Below, in pieces: positions 58,582 to 64,000 of a stretch of 64,000 nucleotides of DNA; the stretch's first letter is position 1, and the number at the start of each line of letters is the position of its first letter. Position numbers and translations under genes: made by a program. Below the pieces are notes generated by a model that was given only the letters and a program-made list of their open reading frames with translations, did no database searches and was not told the origin of the DNA. The DNA is from Verrucomicrobiaceae bacterium. Its GTDB lineage: Bacteria; Verrucomicrobiota; Verrucomicrobiia; Verrucomicrobiales; Akkermansiaceae. The stretch is from the NCBI GenBank assembly GCA_027491155.1, contig JAIXWR010000023.1, positions 74,610 through 138,609 on the forward strand, read 5' to 3'.

Positions 58582-59610
58582 GTGGCCCTGACCCTTTCCG
58601 AGCTCGCCCGCTTGGTCGATGGTGACATCGTCCGCGGCGGGCTCGATCTTTTGGTGGAAGGCATCGCCTCGCTCGACGAGGCCGGGCCTTCCGAGTTGTC
58701 CTTCCTCGGCAACGAGAAATACCGCGCCCAGTTCCTGGCCACCCGGGCCGGCGCGGTCATCGTGCCGCGCGGCGTGACCGAAGGCCCGGAGTCGTGCGCC
58801 CTGATCGCCGCCGACAATCCGTCATTCGCCTTCGGGCTGGCGGTGAAGCACTTCGTCGCCTCGCTGGCGCGCACCTTTACGCCGGGCATTCATCCGCGGG
58901 CCTCGGTCGACGATCGTGCCCGCCTCGATCCCGCCAAGGTCCGGATCCATGCCGGTGCGGTCGTGATGGCCGGCGCGGAGATCGGCGATGGCAGCGAGAT
59001 CGGGCCGAACGCGGTGGTCGGCGAGAATGTCCGGATCGGCCGCGATTGCCTGATCCACGCGAACGTCACCGTGCGCGAGCGTTGCACGCTGGGCGACCGG
59101 GTGATCCTCCAGCCCGGCGCGGTGATCGGGTCGGACGGTTACGGCTACGAGGTGGTCGAAGGCCGGCACGTCAAGATCGACCAGGTCGGCATCGTCGAGA
59201 TCCAGAACGACGTGGAAGTCGGTGCCAACACCACCATCGACCGCGCGCGCTTCGGCCGCACGGTGATCGGGGAGGGGAGCAAGATCGACAACCTGGTGCA
59301 GGTCGCCCACAACGTTCAGCTCGGCAAGCACTGCCTGCTGGTCTCGCAAAGCGGGGTGGCGGGCAGCGCGCGGACCGGCGACTACGTGGTGGTCGCGGCC
59401 CAGGCGGGCGTCGGCGGCCATGTGAAGATCGGGGCGAAGTCGGTGCTGGCCGGTCGTGCCGGTGCGACGGCGGATCTTGAAGGCGGGCAGACCTACAGCG
59501 GCATGCCCGCGCGGCCCTTCATGGAAGAGCAGCGCTCGCGGGCGATGATCCGGCAGTTGCCGAAGCTGGCGGAGCGGCTCAAGGCGCTCGAGAAGAAGTC
59601 CGGGAGTTGA
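58582..59610 (+). CDS. lpxD: UDP-3-O-(3-hydroxyacyl)glucosamine N-acyltransferase
   Basis: 342 aa with left-handed beta-helix hexapeptide repeats and the GSDGYGY, QVAHNV and GVAGS motifs. The start is GTG. Confidence 0.9.
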   Translation: MALTLSELARLVDGDIVRGGLDLLVEGIASLDEAGPSELSFLGNEKYRAQFLATRAGAVIVPRGVTEGPESCALIAADNPSFAFGLAVKHFVASLARTFTPGIHPRASVDDRARLDPAKVRIHAGAVVMAGAEIGDGSEIGPNAVVGENVRIGRDCLIHANVTVRERCTLGDRVILQPGAVIGSDGYGYEVVEGRHVKIDQVGIVEIQNDVEVGANTTIDRARFGRTVIGEGSKIDNLVQVAHNVQLGKHCLLVSQSGVAGSARTGDYVVVAAQAGVGGHVKIGAKSVLAGRAGATADLEGGQTYSGMPARPFMEEQRSRAMIRQLPKLAERLKALEKKSGS

Positions 59611-59624
59611 TCCCGCCCGGGATT

Positions 59625-60287
59625 TCAGCGGGAGGCCGTGGCCCGGTTTTTGGCGCGGATGATTTTCACCGGCACCGACTGCGAGGCGTCTTCCAGCATC
59701 CGGCGGCGGGCCAGCAATCCGACTTTCGCATTCTGGTGCGGGGACCATCCGTCGACCGCGGCCACGCTTTCCGCGGGGCTCAGCAGCGTGGGGGCGACCT
59801 GCTCCAGCCAGGGCTCCAGCATCCGGAGCTCCTCCTGCGTGAAGCGGTGGAACACCGGCTCCTTGAAGGTGATGATCAGGTCGCCCTCGCTGGTCGGCTC
59901 CGGCACGAAGCGGGCTTCCGCCTCGGCGCAGGCCGCGAGTTTCTTGCGGGCCTCTGCCAGAGGATCGGCGCAGGGCTCGTCCACCACCACGCAGGACCCG
60001 CGGCGGAACACGACGAAGGTGCGCTTCTCGGACACGTGCTGGGAGCAGAATTCCACGAGGGTATCGGTTGACGGGGCGGGGGGCTCGACCGTCTGCCGGG
60101 CCAGCATCGGGGAGGCGGTGCCGCCTGAAGTCGTTGCGGCAGGCCGGGTTGCCGTGGTTTTTTTCAAAGCAGGGGCGGGCAGCAGGATCGCCGCCGCGAG
60201 GCCGAAAATCCCCGCGAGGAGAAGGGCCAACGACAATGCAATCCGGGAGGACAGCGGGCTCCGTGAAGCGTCTGTGGGATTAAGCAT
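59625..60287 (-). CDS. Hypothetical membrane-anchored protein
   Basis: 220 aa with one N-terminal TM helix (IALSLALLLAGIFGLAAAILL). I recognise no family. Confidence 0.45.
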   Translation of the reverse strand: MLNPTDASRSPLSSRIALSLALLLAGIFGLAAAILLPAPALKKTTATRPAATTSGGTASPMLARQTVEPPAPSTDTLVEFCSQHVSEKRTFVVFRRGSCVVVDEPCADPLAEARKKLAACAEAEARFVPEPTSEGDLIITFKEPVFHRFTQEELRMLEPWLEQVAPTLLSPAESVAAVDGWSPHQNAKVGLLARRRMLEDASQSVPVKIIRAKNRATASR

Positions 60288-60362
60288 GCCGGAGTTTTAA
60301 AAAATATTGACGTTACGGCAAGCTTAAGTTTTTATCACGGCGCTGCTCACCCCTTCCCATCC

Positions 60363-61211
60363 ATGAAATTTGCGACCTTCCCACGTCGCGGCCTTGTGTC
60401 TCCGCTGCCGTTTGCTTGCTCGATGCTCCTGGGCATCGCCGCTGCCGGTTTGCCGACCAGGGCCGCCGCCGAAAACGTCGATACCGAACTTCTGTTGCTG
60501 GTCGATGTCACGCCCCGCGGGCTCAACGCTTCGGAATTCGACCAGGTGATGGAGGGTTATGCCTCCGCTTTCACGAGTTCGCAGGTGATCGACTCGATCC
60601 AATCGGGAGCCTACGGACAGATTGCCGTTTCGCTGATGTTCTACGGCAACGCCTCGACGCAGATCGTCGGGATTCCCTGGATGATGATCGGGAACGCGAC
60701 CGAAGCGGCGACCTTTGCCGCTCTGGCCAGGGCTTTGAACCAACCGGCCGTCGGCGGCACTCCGGCGATCGGGCCCGCGCTGACCGTGGCCACGCTTTCT
60801 TTCGGCACCGAGACCGGCGGGGCGGGCAACGGTTTTGAGAGCAGCGCGCAGATCATCGAGGTCGCGGCCGCCAGCGTGCCGGTCGGGGGCACCGCCGCGG
60901 TGACGGCGGCCCGTGATGCCGCCCTGGCGTCGGGAGTGGACCTGATCAATTCCATCGCGCTCGGCAACCGCAGCGCCGCGATCGAGGCCTACTACGCCAC
61001 CAACGTGATCGGCGGCGAGGCGGGCGGGGTGGTGGCCACCAGCAATTCCAGCGCGATCAACGGCGGACTTGCCGGGATCATTGCCAGCCAGATGAACGGC
61101 GGCGTCTCCGCGGGTGCCACTGAATCGCTTTCGGCGGTGCCGGAGCCTTCCTCGCTGCTCGGCCTGCTGTCGGGCCTCGCGCTGCTGTTGGTCCGCCGCC
61201 GTCAACCTTGA
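60363..61211 (+). CDS. DUF1194 (vWA-like) domain protein with PEP-CTERM sorting signal
   Basis: ELLLLVDVTPRGLNASEF, IAVSLMFYG, INSIALG and YYATNVIGG blocks resemble DUF1194. The C-terminus is VPEPSSLLGLLSGLALLLVRRR. Confidence 0.8.
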   Translation: MKFATFPRRGLVSPLPFACSMLLGIAAAGLPTRAAAENVDTELLLLVDVTPRGLNASEFDQVMEGYASAFTSSQVIDSIQSGAYGQIAVSLMFYGNASTQIVGIPWMMIGNATEAATFAALARALNQPAVGGTPAIGPALTVATLSFGTETGGAGNGFESSAQIIEVAAASVPVGGTAAVTAARDAALASGVDLINSIALGNRSAAIEAYYATNVIGGEAGGVVATSNSSAINGGLAGIIASQMNGGVSAGATESLSAVPEPSSLLGLLSGLALLLVRRRQP

Positions 61212-61236
61212 ACGGGATTCCCATCCATTCACGACC

Positions 61237-62022
61237 ATGAGATCTCCCACAGTCTCGACACCGGTTGAGAAGCTTTTCCCGAGCGAGCGGCCGGTGGATC
61301 CGGAAATCGCCGAACGGGTCGGGCAGGAAATCATCCAGAACCGCCTCGAACCCGCCGCATGGGCGACCGCGCTGGCGGGCGGTGGAAAACGCCAGGACGC
61401 GCTGGCGGCCTATGCCCGGATCCGGATGCAGCAGATCAGCACCGAGCGGCGGATCCGACGCGAGAAGGCCAAGTCCTTCGAAGCCCGTCGGCTCACCACC
61501 TGCCTCGGCATCAAGACCGTGCAGGACCTGCTCCAGCGCTCGAACCGGGGCGGGCAGTTGAACCTGATCAAGCCGAGGCTCTCGATGGTCTGGCTCGGGA
61601 TCCTGCTGGTCGGATCGGCGGGTGCCGCCGCTTCGGTCGGCCGACTGCTCGGCGACCTGGTTCCCGACCGGCTGGAGCCGTGGGTTCCGGCGATGGCCTT
61701 GCTCTGCGGTCTTGCCGCGGTGGGCGGCGTCCTGGTGCTTCGTGCTTTCCTGCCCAAACGCTGGGTGATGCTCGGCTGGAACACGGGATTCACCGCCGTT
61801 TGCACGCTGGCCTGCTTCGCTTCCCTTTGCTTCGGTGCCAAGCTGATCGCCCGCACCTCGCCGGATGTCATCCGCAGGCTTGCCGGAGGCCCGGCGATCC
61901 AGGAGACGCCCGTTGCGGTGCCCGCCGTCGCGCCGGCGGCCGCCCCCGAGCCGGCGCGGCTGGTCGTGAAGCCGAACATCGACGCGACCGCCGCGAACGA
62001 GGTGCTCGAAGAAGGGGAGTAA
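61237..62022 (+). CDS. Hypothetical membrane protein
   Basis: 261 aa with three or four predicted TM helices in the central part (MVWLGILLVGSAGAAASV, AMALLCGLAAVGGVLVL, FTAVCTLACFASLCFGA). Confidence 0.5.
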   Translation: MRSPTVSTPVEKLFPSERPVDPEIAERVGQEIIQNRLEPAAWATALAGGGKRQDALAAYARIRMQQISTERRIRREKAKSFEARRLTTCLGIKTVQDLLQRSNRGGQLNLIKPRLSMVWLGILLVGSAGAAASVGRLLGDLVPDRLEPWVPAMALLCGLAAVGGVLVLRAFLPKRWVMLGWNTGFTAVCTLACFASLCFGAKLIARTSPDVIRRLAGGPAIQETPVAVPAVAPAAAPEPARLVVKPNIDATAANEVLEEGE

Positions 62023-62072
62023 AGATTCGATTTCCCGGTTCCCCTTCGTCCGCGGCCTGCTACACCGGCCGC

Positions 62073-62429
62073 GTGAACGAAGAACGCGAGCACGGCGCGC
62101 AGCCGCTTGACGGCATGATGACGGCCTGGGGCCTGGGCAACCACGATCTGGTCGATGCCTCGACCGAGCAGCTCACCCACAAGCAGGTCCAGCGCGCCCG
62201 GACCGGCCGGGTGCTGACCCTTCACATGATGCAGAAGGTCACCCGTGCGCTGAACATCGCCGTGTGGTACCGGCTCAAGCGCGAGGAACGCGAGGTCTAC
62301 TTCGAATACCTTCACAAGCATCTTTTCAACTACGCGAAGAACCACGATGCGGCTTGGGAAGATCCGAACGCCGGCTTGATGGAGATCGTGAAAGGCCGCG
62401 GGGCCAAGGTGATCAGCCGCGAGGCTTGA
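62073..62429 (+). CDS. Small hypothetical protein, possible HTH
   Basis: About 118 aa from a GTG. THKQVQRARTGRVLTLHMMQKVTRALN is helix-turn-helix-like. The start is uncertain (ATG options a few codons downstream). Confidence 0.4.
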   Translation: MNEEREHGAQPLDGMMTAWGLGNHDLVDASTEQLTHKQVQRARTGRVLTLHMMQKVTRALNIAVWYRLKREEREVYFEYLHKHLFNYAKNHDAAWEDPNAGLMEIVKGRGAKVISREA

Positions 62430-62501
62430 GGGGCTGCGGGCAGGTCCGGCGCATGGAATTGCGGTTGCAAGGCGCAGGTGGCCGGAAGGAGTATTCCGTC
62501 C

Positions 62502-64000
62502 ATGCCGCGCATCGCCTTCCTTCTGTTCCCCTCGCTCACCGGGATGGTGGCCGCCGTCGAGTTCGGCCACGGGCCGCTGGTGCAGTGGACGGGTGATCCT
62601 TCCACCACCGCGCAGGTCCGCTGGCTGGAGCCGGCGAATTCGGCCGCGGTCGAAGGCCGCTGGGCGAGCGGGCCGGGGGGATTCGGGTATGGCGACGGCG
62701 ATGACGCCACGGTGCTGGCGGGAATGGCGAACCGTTACGAAAGCGTATCGATCCGCAAGAAGGTCTCGCCCCAACCGGGGGTTCCGGGAGAGGCGAAGCT
62801 GTTCCTGCGGGTGAACTACGACGATGCCTTCATCGCATGGTTCGGCGGAAAGGAAGTGGCGCGGCGGAACGTCGGGGCCGGACCGGATGGCCGGCTCAAG
62901 GCGACGAAGGACCATGAGGCGGGGGAGTGGGAGGAGTTCGAACTGGGGGACTTCGCGAGTTTCTCCGGCAAGGGCGGCGCGGTGCTCGCGCTCCAGGGAT
63001 TCAACATCGGCAAGACCAGCAGCGATTTCACGCTCGACGCCCGGCTCGAGGCCAAGTGGAGCGGCAAGACGGTGGTGCTGCTGGGGAAGGAAGCGGTGTG
63101 GGAGTATCTGGCCAACAAGGAGCCGGAGAAGGGTTGGCAGACAAAGGCGGGTGCGGTGCAAGCGCCCCCGGGGAAGGTGGAGGAGAAGATCGCGGCTTTG
63201 AATTTCCGCGCGAAGGGATCGGCCGAATGGCGGAGTATCGCGGTGAAGGGCGAGCCTTTCGCCGCCAGCCGCCACCGGGTGCGTTCGGCGGCGCTGGAAG
63301 GCTTGGCACCGGGGACGGAGATCGAGTTCCAGATCGCCGGCAAGGATGGCACGGTCTCGAAGACCTTTTCTTTCCGCACCGCACCGGGCGGCGATGCACC
63401 GGTCCGTTTCGTGACCGGCGGCGACCTCTATCACTCCCGCGCGCCGATGGATGCGATGAACCGCCGGGCGGGCCTCGAGGATCCCTTGTTCGCCTTGCTC
63501 GGCGGGGATCTGGCCTACACCAATAACTCGAATCCGGAACGATGGTTCGACTTCATCGACTCGTGGGTCGACAACGCTCGGACGCCGGACGGCCGGCTGG
63601 TGCCGATGGTGGTGGCGATCGGCAATCACGAGGTGATCGGCGGCGGTTACCGTCCGGCCGACGCCCCGGGTCCCAAGGCGGCGACGGAGTTCATGAGCCT
63701 GTTCCACATGCGCCGCGAAGGGCTGGCGAACGACACCTTCGACGTCGGCAGCAACCTGTCGTTCGTGCTGCTCGATTCCGGCCACGCCGGGACGATCGCG
63801 AGCCAGACGGCCTGGTTGGAGCAAGTGCTGGAGGAGCGGAAAGACCGGAGGGGGCTGTTTGTCTGCTACCACCGGCCGGCATGGGGAAGCGGGGCGAAGG
63901 AGGATGCGGTGGAGATCCAGAAGGCCTGGTGCCCGCTGTTCGAGAAGTTCAAGGTCGATGCGGTGTTCGAGAACGACCATCACGTTTTCTCCCGCAGTCA
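62502..64000 (+). CDS. Exported metallophosphoesterase (purple-acid-phosphatase-like), 3' end outside window
   Basis: This CDS is not in the ORF track because it has no stop in the window. I translated it by hand. GGAAGGAG lies 11 nt before the ATG. The signal peptide reads MPRIAFLLFPSLTGMVAAV. An N-terminal beta-sandwich-like module follows (GFGYGDGDDATVL...LRVNYDDAFIAWFGGKEV). Phosphoesterase motifs GGDLYH, GGDLAY, GNHE and ENDHHVF come next. Confidence 0.75.
   Translation, partial: MPRIAFLLFPSLTGMVAAVEFGHGPLVQWTGDPSTTAQVRWLEPANSAAVEGRWASGPGGFGYGDGDDATVLAGMANRYESVSIRKKVSPQPGVPGEAKLFLRVNYDDAFIAWFGGKEVARRNVGAGPDGRLKATKDHEAGEWEEFELGDFASFSGKGGAVLALQGFNIGKTSSDFTLDARLEAKWSGKTVVLLGKEAVWEYLANKEPEKGWQTKAGAVQAPPGKVEEKIAALNFRAKGSAEWRSIAVKGEPFAASRHRVRSAALEGLAPGTEIEFQIAGKDGTVSKTFSFRTAPGGDAPVRFVTGGDLYHSRAPMDAMNRRAGLEDPLFALLGGDLAYTNNSNPERWFDFIDSWVDNARTPDGRLVPMVVAIGNHEVIGGGYRPADAPGPKAATEFMSLFHMRREGLANDTFDVGSNLSFVLLDSGHAGTIASQTAWLEQVLEERKDRRGLFVCYHRPAWGSGAKEDAVEIQKAWCPLFEKFKVDAVFENDHHVFSRS

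Noticed and set aside
61410-63983. 857-aa minus-strand ORF, the longest ORF listed in this region
   Set aside because: It is antisense to two well-supported plus-strand genes and to the unlisted phosphoesterase CDS. Its product is dominated by Arg, Pro, Gly and Ala with no motifs. This is a typical stop-codon-poor shadow frame in high-GC DNA.

Overview
This is a gene-dense, high-GC bacterial chromosomal segment. Hand-counted 60-nt lines are mostly 63-68% G+C. I call about 60 protein-coding genes across both strands. I recognised no rRNA, tRNA, CRISPR array, transposase or integrase. The gene content suggests a PVC-superphylum organism, probably Verrucomicrobiota. That is an inference from a PVC-type multidomain dehydrogenase with a C-terminal CxxCH heme domain, a PEP-CTERM protein, an ECF sigma factor paired with a WD40 Ser/Thr kinase, a sulfatase and a BlaI/BlaR1-like pair. 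The backbone is housekeeping: rpmB, an IscA-type protein with a J-domain co-chaperone, comF-accD-folC, glnD, ndk, trmO, DUF485-actP, ctaB-SCO-SCO-DUF420, hisD, eda, tal, nadB, panC and skp-lpxD. Five things stand out. (1) A 1.7-kb low-GC islet (about 7320-9060) carries two same-strand ORFans: a 348-aa soluble protein and a 123-aa protein with three TM helices. (2) A RelE/ParE toxin-antitoxin cassette is bounded by perfect 29-bp direct repeats in the actP/deacetylase promoter region. (3) A BlaI repressor and a minimal, sensor-less BlaR1 sit next to three helically phased TGCTG-N6-CAGCA dyads in the divergent promoter shared with a lipoprotein gene. (4) Two families of short intergenic repeats occur, once nested in each other, plus triplets of tandem heptamers next to stop codons at three loci. 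(5) A short paralog of the N-terminus of a neighbouring membrane protein is present. I found no multi-gene system that I can assign to a known defence, secretion or biosynthetic class. The low-GC islet is the best candidate for something undescribed, but its function cannot be read from the sequence alone. Many long ORFs in the supplied track are antisense or out-of-frame GC artefacts. One real CDS (62502 to the window end) is missing from the track because it has no stop codon inside the window. All calls rest on reading motifs by eye; no searches were run.
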